The notes under the pieces: model-generated
What the model saw: the letters and a program-made list of their open reading frames with translations, nothing else
Database searches by the model: none
Told to the model about the DNA's origin: nothing
Position numbers and translations under genes: made by a program
Shown here: one piece after another, positions 26,721 to 38,438 of the stretch
Layout: every line of letters begins with the position of its first letter
How positions within the stretch are numbered: the first letter of the stretch is position 1
Assembly: GCA_951406725.2 (NCBI GenBank)
Contig: OX597817.1
Span: 13,144,001 to 13,208,000 of the forward strand
DNA: 64,000 nt
Reading direction: 5' to 3'
From: Octopus vulgaris
Lineage: Eukaryota

Positions 26721-27397
26721 GGTGAGTACATCAACTCAAATGCTCACCTGGTACTTATTTAATGGACCCCGAAAGGAAGAAAAGCAATGTCGACTTCGAT
26801 AGGCAGTTGAACTTAGAACGTAAGGAGCCGGAAGAAATGCCGCAAACCATTTTGTCCAACGCGCTAACAATTTTACCGTCAACAGCAGTTAGAAAGCTAA
26901 CGAAAAGCTCGAGAAAAGACATCAATGTTTTGAACACATTGATCAACCTTAAAAGTTGGTGGAGTTAATCTTATCAACGCTTTTTTTTTTTGGAGAGTTA
27001 AGATGCATACATACATACATACATACATACATACATACATACATACATTATGGCTGCCCCCTCGTTATCGAGTATGGCCATTGTACGAAGCTTAATTGTT
27101 ACTGGTGCTGTGATCGAATGTGACTTTTTAGCCCAGCTAAAGATCTACAATGTCTTGTACAAAATTGGCAACTAAGACCTTTACATACATAGCCGGCTGT
27201 AGTTGTAACTGGGCTTCATGTACCTCTGCATGTCGTTTAAGTCCTACATACATACATACATACATACATACATACATACATACATACATACATACATACA
27301 TACATACATACATACACGCACACACATATACCAAAGTAAGTACACAAATGTAAAACAAGGTGGGAAAATAGCACTCGAATACCGGAGGTAGAGTTAC

Positions 27398-27563
27398 ATA
27401 CTTTATTAATAAAACTTTAAAGACATCCCAAAAACTGTTACTCAGAGTTTCACGTTGACAGTTTTGGTTGAGAATCTCCACCAAAACTGTCCGGCGAACC
27501 GGAACGTGAAACTCTGAGTAACAGTTTTTTTGTGATGCCTTTGCAACTTTATTAATAAAGTAT
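27398..27563. mobile_element. Second Penelope-like inverted-repeat element with a degenerate hammerhead
   Basis: Arms about 27398-27468 and 27480-27563. Right arm reads AAAACUGU-CCGGCGA-ACCGGAACGU-GAAAC-UCUGA-GUA^ACAGUUUU (8-bp helix I, core two changes from CUGACGA). Left arm has the core deleted. Confidence 0.7.
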
Positions 27564-28663
27564 AGTATATATACTCTTTACTCTTTACTCTTTTACTGAT
27601 CACAACTTGTTGGTATTGCGTGGTGCCTGAGAAGTAAACTTATGGCGCGATCCATTTTACTAGTTATACCACATCTCTACCTGCTGGGGACCATAAGAGA
27701 TATTCCAACAGTAATGAATCATAACGGGGCAATGAGATGGTCAGGATATAATGCACTGCCCAGTCTATTTCCACACGCCTTTAGATTCTGTTTATGGCCA
27801 AGGTCGGAGGAGACAAATGAACACGGTACCCCAGCATTTATTATTGGTACATTCCGGCCCAGTGTTTGGAGCCAGTGTGGCTATTGACGTTGCGTGTATC
27901 TCTATATATGTTTGTGTTTGTCGTGCATGTGACGGGGAGAGATCCTGCTTTTAAGATGTTCTTGCTTTCTGGAGCGTGGTATACGAGACTGGATATTTGG
28001 GAATGATTTTTCGTGAAGTGACAAGCAACGTAGAGGCTGAAGCTTGCTAAAATAACAAACTGCTCTTCTCGTATGTCCAGGTGGTATTTCACTTTTAGTA
28101 TTTTGTTTCGTTGTATTGGTAGTGTGCAGGTATGGTCTACATTTTATGTCCTTTATAGTTTATTGAAATTTATTACGGAACCAGGTAGTCGTGGCTTAGT
28201 CTGTGATGGATCTTAATATATTGTTCATACTTAATTTTGGTGGCCAAATGTGGTTTTCTGTGCCATGGTTATACTAAGTATCTCTCTGTACCGTCTATCT
28301 GTCTGTCCGTCTCTCTCTCTTCCCCCTCTCTATCGCTCTGTATGTGTGTGTGTGTGTATGTGTGTGTGTGTATGTGTGTGTGTGTGTGTGTGTGTATTTT
28401 CTAGCTATGTCTTCTGCGCGAATGTTGTGATGGTGTATATAACCACAAGTATTTTTGTCTTCTGTGTGAGTGGTATGTTTATGCTGTTGAGTGTAATGAC
28501 TCTTGCTAGTAATAAGAAACATGGGTTTGGTGGGTGCTTCTTTAAGTCTGTTGCCGTGGAGTCAGATTTCTTGGTGAATTAAACAAATAGATTTTAAGTA
28601 GTTGTGCTGCGCATTTGCGTATGAGGTTTCTATATATCTCCTGGGTGTATGGGATGGTTGTGT

Positions 28664-29051
28664 GGATGGAAGCACTCCGTCGGTTACGACGACGAGGGTT
28701 CCGGTTGATCTGAATCAACGGAACAGCCTGCTCGTGAAATTAACGTGTAAGTGGCTGAGCACTCCACAGACACGTGTACCCTTAACGTAGTTCTCGGGGA
28801 TATTCAGCGTGACACAGAGAGTGACAAGGCCGGCCCCTTGAAATACAGGTACAACAGAAACAGGAAGTAAGACTGAGAGAAAGTTGTGGTGAAAGAGTAC
28901 AGCAGGGATCACCACCATCCCCTGCCGGAGCCTCGTGGAGCTTTAAGTGTTTTCGCTCAATAAACACTCACAACGCCCGGTCTGGGAATCGAAACCGCGA
29001 TCCTATGACTGCGAGTCCGCTGCCCTAACCACTGGGCCATTGCGCCTCCAC
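28664..29051 (-). mobile_element. SINE family B copy
   Basis: TSD ggatggttgtgt at 28652 and 29052. Confidence 0.92.
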
Positions 29052-29306
29052 GGATGGTTGTGTACGTATAGATTGAAAACAGTGGATGAGAAAAAGGTTC
29101 CCTGTAGTACTCTATTAAAAAAACTATGAGTTTTGGGCGATTTGTCCTAGAGTATTACATAGGTTTCGCAGCTTAACAGAATCAAAGAGCGTTTGCTGAC
29201 CAGCGTTTTGAGTTGTTTCCTAAAGTAATGGTTAGTATGTTTTCTATGAGTTGGTAGCCGGGAATGGAGTTGAAAGCTTTGCTGATATTATTGTTCACTA
29301 GATTTT

Positions 29307-29795
29307 TATTACATTATTTAGATTTGACGGATATTTGTCCTCATCTTGTTTGTTGTTAACACAACTTTTCGGCTGATATACTCTCCAGCCTTCATCAGGT
29401 GTCTTGGGGAAATTTCGAACCTGGGTTTTCATTCCTATGGTATTTTTGGTTGTTGTTATTGTTGTTGTTGTTGTTATTATTATTCAGGCTACTGCCTGGA
29501 ATTGAACTCGGAATCTTGGGGTTATTTGCCCGCGCTCTTAACCACTACGCCATATGCCCGAGTTCGATTCCAGGCAGTGACCTGAATAATAATAATAATG
29601 ATAATAATAATAATAACAACAACAACAACATCGAAAAATACCTTAGGAATGAGAACCCAGGTTCGAAATTTCCCCAAGACACCTGATGAAGGCTGGAGGG
29701 TCAGCTGAAACGTTGTGTTAACAACAAATAAGATGAGGACAAATATCCGTCAAATGTAAATAATGTAAATAATTCCTCATCTCTTAAATATAGAA
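29307..29795. mobile_element. tRNA-headed, hammerhead-containing element with an inverted 5'-truncated second copy
   Basis: Minus strand has a tRNA-like head at 29559-29491 (A box TGGCGTAGTGG, B box GAGTTCAATTCC), an (AAT/AAC)n tract and a hammerhead at 29403-29358. The plus-strand inverted copy starts at the B box (29558) with its hammerhead at 29678-29719. Confidence 0.8.
29678..29719 (+). ncRNA. Minimal hammerhead ribozyme motif
   Basis: GACAC-CUGAUGA-A-GGCUG(GAGGGU)CAGCU-GAAAC-GUU^GUGUU. Helix I is GACAC/GUGUU. Helix III is a loopless palindrome (AACGUU). Confidence 0.8.
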
Positions 29796-30417
29796 CAGAA
29801 TCTTATTATTTCTTTGTTTTTTCTGCCATGTATTTTCTGTGGCAGATTTGTGAGCAGTGGTAGATGAGTGTTGTAGTCTGAATCCGTGCCGGAGAAGCTG
29901 CGTAGGTTTCTGATGTCAGCTTCGTCTTTCTAGGATTTTTGAGGATGTGCATACAAGGATAATGGGTCTGAGTTGTGTTAATTCCTTTGGGCTTTAGAAT
30001 TATTATAATTTAGTCCAGCTTCCAGATTCTGGGAATTTGACAGTGTTGGCATTCGCAACGGCTTCTTCACTGACGAAGATTAGGAAGGCTGTTGTCCACG
30101 TCGTCTGCACGCTCGTTCATGGCTGATAAGGCCGATGTGGGATCGACATATCCGATTGTTCAGGGTCTGATGATGCAACAGTATCGTTTTTTCGTCTCTG
30201 GCGTTTGTTTTCAAGAGAGGCACTACGAGAGATCTCAAAGGAGGAAACAACGTCGCTGACAGTATGGCACCAAGCGACGCGGTCAGCTGTTAGAGTGGAC
30301 CACACACGATAATCAATGTCACAAATGCTAAGGGACTACTTCAGGCAGTCCTTGTAACGCTTCCTTGGTGCCCCCTGTTGTGGTAGCCGGTGGTGTGCTC
30401 ACCGTATATGATGATCC

Positions 30418-30829
30418 GGCGAGCTGGCAGAACCGTTAGCACGCCGGGCGAAATGCGTAGACATATTTCGTCTATGTCTATGTTTTGAGTTCAAATTCCG
30501 CCGAGGTCGACTTTGCCTTTCATCCTTTCGAGGTCGATAAATTAAGTACCAGTTACGCACTGGGGTCGATGTAATCGACTTAATCCGTTTGTCTGTCCTT
30601 GTTTGTCCTCTCTATGTTTAGCCCCTTGTGGGTAGTAAAGAAATAGGTATTTCGTCTGCCGCTACATTCTGGGTTCAAATTCCGCCGAGGTCGACTTTGC
30701 CTTTCATCCTTTCAGGGTCGATAAATTAAGTACCAGTTACGCACTGGGGTCGATATAATCGACTTAATCCGTTTGTCTGTCCTTGTTTGTCTCCTTTGTG
30801 TTTAGCCCCTTGTGGGTAGTAAAGAAATA
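30418..30829 (+). mobile_element. SINE family C dimer inside one TSD
   Basis: TSD cgtatatgatgatcc at 30403 and 30830. Confidence 0.9.
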
Positions 30830-31100
30830 CGTATATGATGATCCTAGGTAGGCGGTGGTCTGTCATCCTGTCAACGTGCATTGCTCAACGCAGTCGTCTC
30901 TTAAGTAAAATGGCTTCCTGGCTGGTGACTTTTGCTCACTTGAGGATCTCAGTGTTGGTTTTGTAGTCGTTGCAGTGAATGTTGAGGATGGTATGGAGAC
31001 AGCGAGGGTGAAAACGTTCAAGGAGTCTGAGATGGTAGCAATTGGGGACCCAGGACTCAGAGCCATATAGAAGCGTCGTGAGAGCGACGGCCCTGTAGAC

Positions 31101-31301
31101 CAGTGCCTTTCAACCTTTTTGCTGGAGCGGAACCCCAAGAAAACATTTCACAGGCTCGAGGAACCCCTGTGCAATAATTTAATTGTCTTATGCACACATA
31201 TCTGCACAGGAGAATTAAAAATTACTGTCGATTTTAGCATTTTTGTAACTTCTTGCGGAACCCATGGACTGTACTGGCGGAACCCTGGTTGAAAACCACT
31301 G
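31101..31301. mobile_element. hAT (Charlie-like) MITE
   Basis: CAGTG...CACTG termini, TSD ctgtagac. Second copy at 42797-42997. Confidence 0.9.
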
Positions 31302-32324
31302 CTGTAGACACTGACTTTTGTGCTGAACTTAAGATGCTTGTTGTTCCACACACACTTGTACAGTCTGCCAAATGTTTTGTTTGCCTTTGCAAGTCTGTTG
31401 TCAATTTATTTGTCGATACTCGCATTTGATGAGCTGATACATCCAAGTTAAGTGAAGTGCTGTACCGACTTCAGTTCTGTTTCAGCAAGGGTGATGTGGG
31501 TGGGCTGTACTCTTCCTGAAGACCTGGTTGGTGTAGGACTTCAGTCTTTTTCAAGCTTACTTCCAGCCCGAAGAGCTGGGCGGTCTCTACAAAGCAGGAT
31601 GTAATGCACTGCAGGGCTCTTTCTGTGTGCACGACAAATGCGGCATCATTTGCAAAGGAGAGGTCCTGGATCAATTGCTCATGTATCTTGGTGTGGGCCT
31701 GTAGGTGCTGGAGCTTGAAAAGACTGCCATCCAGATGGTACCTGATGAAAACGCCGTCTTCAGCGTCGAGGTCTGCAGTGGCCTGCTTGAGCATCATACT
31801 GATGAAGATGCTGAAGAGAGTTGGTGCCAGGATACAGCTCTACTTCGCGCCGTTGTTGATGGGAATGACTCCGATATGTTACTGTTCAGGCGGACTTGTC
31901 CTTGTTGGTCTTCGTGAAGCTGTTGGGTCTCATAGCTGCTGACAGTAAATTTCATTTCTCCATTTGACCATTGTCTTTAGTAGCTGCCTTGCTTGTAGTC
32001 ATGATTCCAGCGTTCCGCTCCCTTACTGATGGTAGCTGTCTCTGACGCGAGTTGTCATTCACTAACATTGAGTTATCACGAGCCGACTGAGCTGTTACCA
32101 AGTGACTAACTGATTTTTTGCTTGGAGGTTCTTGTTTTTATAACTATCCAGAAGGATAGAGATATCGTTGAGAACAATGGTTTTCGTAGCTGGTACTTGT
32201 CTTAATTCTAGCTTTTGGTGGTCTATAAGAGATTAGAAGGGCCAAGTGGCGAAGACATTATGTCGGCCTAGCAAAGGAAATCTGGCAAATGTAAAACTGC
32301 TGTCACAAAAAAACTATTGTTCCA

Positions 32325-32930
32325 CATACATACATACATACATACATACATACATACATACATACATACATACATACATACATGGTGGCTGACCCCTCGT
32401 TATCGAGTATGGCCATTGCACGAAGCTTAATCAATGTTGTTATCATGCAATGCCTGTGCAAGAAGATTTTTAAGTGAGGAAAGGCTGTGCACTGAGTCAA
32501 TTCCACTCACTAAGCAACAGCAGCCATAATCCGAAAAGAAGAACAAGTCAACATCATCGGTAACCACTGAGCCGCAGGTTTTATGCCGGAGTTATCCCAG
32601 TTACCTGAGTTACCTTCTCCTAGAAGGATGCCCTAACAAAGGCTAGGAGTCCTTCACTCTTAATGGTTTAACCACGCGATCAGGTATTCAGTCCGATTAT
32701 TTCTATGTCCCCGCGCATGATACAGCCTTAAGACATTTATTGGATGGCCGTTGACTCTCAAGATTTCCTCCGCCCTTTGGTGGGTTTTGTTTTTCATCCC
32801 GCATGGTGTCCAATAAACACCCTCCTCACCAAGCAAGCTTGGTGGGGTTGCCGGTTTAGTCGCCGACGACCCGACCATGCAACAGGTTGTACTGGGTTAC
32901 ATGTTTCCAGTAGCACTCGAAAGTGACCTG
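32325..32930 (-). mobile_element. Non-autonomous RTE-type element with a (GTAT)n tail
   Basis: 3' end GCTTCGTGCAATGGCCATACTCGATAACGAGGG..(GTAT)n is shared with 27005-27095. RTE-UTR-like GGGCATCCTTCTAGGAGAAGG segment. Confidence 0.6.
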
Positions 32931-32940
32931 ACACACACAC

Positions 32941-32998
<58 letters not shown>

Positions 32999-33019
32999 GG
33001 ATACAAAGACCCCCCCCCC

Positions 33020-34390
33020 ATATACTCTGTTTTTCTTTTTAAGAAATACTTGATGGACAACTTTGTTCGCAATGCTTCAGCATTGAAATTCTCCATTTCG
33101 CTGAAGCATGAACTCAAATCTGGCGCAGCGATTAGAGCCGAGGTTCTTGTTGATAAAAGGTAACCCATCGTATTTTCTCTTGAAAACTTCAACCTTGTTC
33201 ATACTCCAACAATCTGGAAGAGCACTTGTTTTCCCTTTCACACTTTTAGGAGCTTTATCACATGTTAAGGTTGAGGTTCGATTTTGAATCCATTCTTGTT
33301 TCAAAAAGCTATCACGTTTCATCTGGTGGAGGCGCAATGGCCCAGTGGTTAGGGCAGTGGACTCGCGGTCATAGGATCGCGGTTTCGATTCCCAGACCGG
33401 GCGTTGTGAGTGTTTATTGAGCGAAAACACCTAAAGCTCCACGAGGCTCCGGCAGGGGATGGTGGTGATCCCTGCTGTACTCTTTCACAACAACTTTCTC
33501 TCACTCTTACTTCCTGTTTCTGTTGTACCTGTATTTCAAAGGGCCGGCCTTGTCCCTCTCTGTGTCACGCTGAATATCCCCGAGAACTACGTTAAGGGTA
33601 CATGTGTCTGTGGAGTGCTCAGCCACTTACACGTTAATTTCACGAGCAGGCTGTTCCGTTGATTCGGATCAACCGGAACCCTCGTCGTCGTAACCGACGG
33701 AGTGCTTCCACACGTTTCATCTTGATTTTCCTCGGCTGTAATCGCTGCACAAAATTTGAACTTGAATGTTTCTGAGAAATAGACAATTCCCAATACTGAT
33801 CCATTGCAAACAAATAAAGTTATCCAGCTGACATTTCTTGGAGAAGAAAAAAATTTTTTTCATCAAAAGCACACATTCTTGAATTTTTTTCTCAGAAGGT
33901 TTATCATATGTTACTGGTGTTTCATTATTGGTCCGAGCTGGAAATAAACATTGTGAACAAAGTCACATAAGCCCTTATTGGTAAATTTTGAATGAACATT
34001 CATTTCATAGTTAACCAACAGATATAGTAATATAGTTCCACGTAAAATTCGTTGTTACCTTCTTTTGTTGGTTCTCGTGCGATGACGAACGAATACCAAG
34101 CATTAAATTAATAAAATGGCCATTTATTGCAACGGTTATTCGCAAAATACACTAACGTTAAAATACGCATCAAAAAGCAATCCAATATCATATTTTTCAG
34201 CATTACAAATCGAATTTTTCAGACCAAAATTTACAGGTAATAAAAGTTCCACCCGAGGTGTTCCGCTCCGGATGGCACTTTTAAAGGGGCGGTACTTTTG
34301 GGTAGGCTGTAGGCAATATGTGTTTTTTGTGGTATCCGGGAGCGGCAAACGGAAGAGCCGCCCCGGGCGGCACACACTCTAGCTACGTTT
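33020..34390 (-). mobile_element. hAT-type transposon remnant with KIAA1586-like N-terminal coding sequence, interrupted by a SINE
   Basis: LPDCWSMNKVEVFKRKYDGLPFINKNLGSNRC...NKVVHQVFLKKK resembles recalled KIAA1586 LPDCWNEKQAFMF..YKWL....KLGCKDC..NKTTRQASLRKK. GC-rich terminus-like sequence at 34250-34390. Extent is approximate. Confidence 0.55.
33325..33710 (+). mobile_element. SINE family B copy
   Basis: TSD cacgtttcatct at 33313 and 33711. Confidence 0.92.
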
Positions 34391-35476
34391 GTGTTTGAGA
34401 CCCAAAAATTACGTATGAAATGCGGCAGAATTTAGAAAGATTTTGACGATATTTGAATGTTTACACTCGTTACACTACATGCTTCCACTATATAATACAT
34501 ATGCTAGAAAATACGGTCATGTTTTAGGGAATTTCTAGGTAAAATATGCATGAGATCAAGTGGAAATATAGATATTGATAATCATCAAAAAATACCTATT
34601 TCTTTATTACCCACAAGGGGCTAAACATAGAAGGGACAAACAAGGACAGACAAACGGATTAAGTCGATTACATCGACCTCAGTGCGTAACTGGTACTTAT
34701 TTAATCCACCCCGAAAGGATGAAAGGCAAAGTCGACCTCGGCGGAATTTGAACCCACAACGTAGACGAAATACGGCTACGCATTTCGCCCGGCGTGCAAA
34801 CGTTTCTGCCAGCTCGCCGCCTTTGAATCATCAAGAAATATAGACAAAGCCAAATATGAAGAAGTTACAGAAAATACAGTCAAAGAATTGAAAAATAAAG
34901 TTTTTTTTTTTTTTTTAACCCCTGGAAAATCACGCGTGTTGTGAAAAGATAGCGGTATTTGAATGGGGGTTTTTTTCCGGCAAAATGCTAAAATACTGAC
35001 AAGGAAATTCAGAGATTATTTTAGAGATTTCAAGGTAAAATGTGCATGTGACAAAATGCAGTTCAGTTTTGAAAAAGGTCAAAAAAACCCTGTTCACACT
35101 CTGATTCTGCGACTTCACCGGTTCAAATTAGTGCGGTTGTTATTTTTTAGTTGACTTTAGTTCCTTCCTTGAGGAACAGAAGTCAGTTACCTGAGATTCT
35201 CTCTCTCTCTCTCTTTGTGTGTGTGTATGTGTGTGTGTGTGTGCAGAGATAACAGAGGGGTGCTTCAACGTGAGATCGTGTTTGTTAATGAGTGCATCAT
35301 CCTGTCAGTGCCCAACGACCGGGTATTCCATAGCCTCTATAAATGCTTGTTACTTGTCCCTCCCCCTAGTCAATTTTCAATGTTTTCTTTCCTCCTCGAA
35401 GCTGTGTCTAACTCACACCCGCACTCGCATCTTCCTCCTACTCCTGCAATATAGGCCGCTTAGTATGAGAGATATG

Positions 35477-35713
35477 CAGGGTGGTCCGAAAGTAGGTTTA
35501 CAGCTATCACATAGGCACTTTAAATTTCTTTTATAACATTTTATTACATTTGAATTTCAATCTTACAAACTTAAAAGGGAGCTTGAGAAAATTATCAAAA
35601 TTAGCATAGAATAACGGTTTCATGTTTTTTTTTATAATTAAGATCTAAACTGATAATATAGGAATGCGAAAGAGATAGTTGAACAACCGTAAACCTACTT
35701 TTGGGCCACCCTG
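35477..35713. mobile_element. Tc1/mariner-like MITE
   Basis: TIRs CAGGGTGGTCCGAAAGTAGGTTTAC and GTAAACCTACTTTTGGGCCACCCTG. Confidence 0.75.
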
Positions 35714-36702
35714 TGTAAGATATATGGTTATATTGCTCAATGCGCTCCTTTCCAAAACGTCCTATGAAAGTGACGTGAGGTATTGAACAAAACTGAGCTC
35801 AGGAAAATTGAAATCTATATTTATAAAGCTGAAGTTGTCTGTGTTTGTGTGGCAGGTTTGGTAGCCTTCAACTAACACTATCTCCTCCGAAACCCTCCGG
35901 CGCAAGTTGACCAAAATTGAGAGTATGATAGAAGAAGGCTTGTCTTCATTCCGTAGAAGACAAAATTCAAATCCGACCATGTTAAGACCAAAAATTATTT
36001 ACATCAAAAAGGTGCTTTTTTTTCTATGAAAATCCCTATTTTTTTACGATTTTTTGACTGCTGTTCGGCGTATTTCAACCAGAAAAATGTTCACTTCAAG
36101 AGAATAACAAGCTACATAATGCAAACTTTTTACTTTTCAAAAATTCCAATTCTAAAGGGTCAAAAAGAACTTTTTTGTGATGCCATTGGTTTTGAGCGAA
36201 CGACGGATTTTCCTGTACTTTTTCTTAATGAATACTGTTGCAGTGTTAACTTCTGAATAGATTTTCAGTGCAGTTGGAAACTTGAGCTTCATTTTGCTTT
36301 AAATCTACGGGTAATTTTTTCTCCGTGATGTTAATAGAAGGAATAATAACCAATAATACCAACAAATGAATTCGGCATTACACATTTGCAGCCCATTCAG
36401 AGCAAACTCAAGCATCGCCACACTATACTTTTATTCATAGATTGAAACTTATGTCAAAAGTTTGTTAACGCGACATCAAAGTCTGCCGTTTTAAGCGCAA
36501 CTAAAAAGCAAACCCGAGCAACGCTGGGCTATACTGCTAGTAAATTAATACGTTACTAAAAACAAATCTTCAAAACTGTCAATTAACAACAGAACGTCTT
36601 CCTTTGCAAAGCGCTAAAAAAACACTTTCCAAAATATCTAAAATGATACGGTGCTACACGTTTGACTACATGTAGTCGTCATTATTTCACTTTTATCATA
36701 AA

Positions 36703-37100
36703 CTAGCAGTATCGCCCGGCGTTGCTCGGGTTTGTAAGGGAAATAACTATATAAGCATTTTTAGAGAGTTATAGCCAAAAAATAGCAAAAAAATGCATTA
36801 AAAATTGGGAAAAAAATTATGGTAAATTTTTTTAAAATCGTTGACTCATCGTAGACATTTTTAGAGAGTTACTTCCCTTATATAATAGCGAAAAAATGCA
36901 TTAAAATGGAAAAAAATGATGGTAAATTTTTTTTTAAATCGTTGACTCATCGTAGATGCGCGCTAATACCCAGAAGGGCTCGATATGAATCACGATTATA
37001 AGATACCCACTTTTGGTTAAACTGCACCGCAAAATGTGGGAGTAGTTAGGAATCTAAATCGTAGGAGACAGACACACAACTTCACTTTTATATATAAAGA
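36703..37100 (-). mobile_element. Non-autonomous Helitron, same family as 3868-4262
   Basis: Reverse complement with TC...CTAG ends in an A|T target. A further 3' end (hairpin plus CTAG) lies at 36512-36540(+). Confidence 0.85.
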
Positions 37101-37109
37101 TGATACTGA

Positions 37110-38005
37110 TGGCAGTCCTTCGTGTTCGAAGATCAAGAGGAAGAGCGGGAAGCCTTCAGGTGGCTGTGGAAACTTCTCCTTCAACGACAGGTTCTGGGGC
37201 ACTTGGGGCAAATATGTAGGCTTTTGTTCAGATAGGGGTCATGACGATAACTCTCTCCTTCTTAAGTGTTTCTCATCCGCTGCAGTTGCTCTTGCCTCCT
37301 CAAAGTTGTTTGCAGCAATCTGGATGCAGACTCCCCCTCCGCCTCACTCTGTGCTGCGACTCGCCCTCATCCTGTGAGGTCTATCCTTGCCTGGGTGAAC
37401 CGGTGCGTCAGCTTTGTCTTTGAAACACTTTCTGGAGTGTTCGCTGTCTCTTTTGTCTCGACTGAGCTCGCTGCAGGATACGACCTTCGGTATTCTGGAT
37501 TTGTTCATGTGTGAAATGTGATTGTCTCATCTGAGCTGTTTGAACAGCAGTATGACTTCAATGTTCGGGATGTTAGCCTGCTGGAAAATTTCGTTCTTGA
37601 TGATGCGCTTCGTCTATGAGATGTCCATGCTGGAGCGAAGGCATCTCTGTTGGAAGCGATCTGGCAGCTCGATTTGCTTCCTGTACAGTACTCGAAGCTT
37701 CCGATACATAAAGGAAAGTAGTGATGACAACTGCCTTGTAGACTTTGATCTTGGTGAATAGGTGCAGAGCACGGTTCTATAACACACGCGCCTACACACG
37801 TCCAAAGGCGGTGTTGGCTTTGAGAATGTTGTTGTCAACATCCTTTTCACAGGTTGCGTATTAGAAATAACGCTCCCCAGGTAGGTGAAGTGCTTGACTG
37901 CGTTGAGAGGTATCCATCCATGATAATTTGCGCTGGTCGGTATGTGGCTCATGACAGTTTCTGGAACAGGACTTCAGTTTTCCTCAGACTGATGGTGAGG
38001 CCATA
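37110..38005 (-). mobile_element. RTE-like LINE 3' fragment
   Basis: LNAVKHFTYLGSVIS and RFQQRCLRSSMDIS motifs. Confidence 0.8.
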
Positions 38006-38052
38006 TGTAAGTCGTACTATTAATATATTCGACTGTTAAATTTACAACTAAG

Positions 38053-38438
38053 GATGGAAGCACTCCGTCGGTTACGACGATGAGGGTTCCGGTTGATCCG
38101 ACCAACGGAACAGCCTGCTCGTGAAATTAATGTGTAAGTGGTTGAGCACTCCACAGACACGTGTACCCTTAACGTAGTTCTCGGGGATATTCAGCGTGAC
38201 ACAGAGAGTGACAAGGCCGGCCCTTTGAAATACAGGTACAACAGAAACAGGAAGTAAGAGTGAGAGAAAGTTGTGGTGAAAGAGTACAGCAGGGATCACC
38301 ACCATCCCCTGCCGGAGCCTCGTGGAGCTTTAGGTGTTTTCGCTCAATAAACAGTCACAACGCCCGGTCTGGGAATCGAAACCACGATCCTACGACCGTG
38401 AGTCCGCTGCCCTAACCACTGGGCCATTGCGCCTCCAC
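38053..38438 (-). mobile_element. SINE family B copy
   Basis: TSD tttacaactaag at 38041 and 38439. Confidence 0.92.

Larger units (their letters stand above)
27600..30105 (-). mobile_element. Decayed I/Jockey-group-like LINE RT carrying nested insertions
   Basis: QIPRIWKL..IILKP, RPIILVCTSSKILE, HGFR..HSST, SKAFNSI, VLQGTFFSSTVFNLYV. Interrupted by a SINE (28664-29051) and the hammerhead element (29307-29795). Confidence 0.75.
30110..31945 (-). mobile_element. RTE/BovB-like LINE 3' fragment interrupted by a SINE dimer and a hAT MITE
   Basis: FIRYHLDGSLF...QDLSFANDAAFVVHTERALQ...FGLEVSLKKTEVLHQP (RT) and C-terminal WSTLTADRVAW. Confidence 0.85.
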
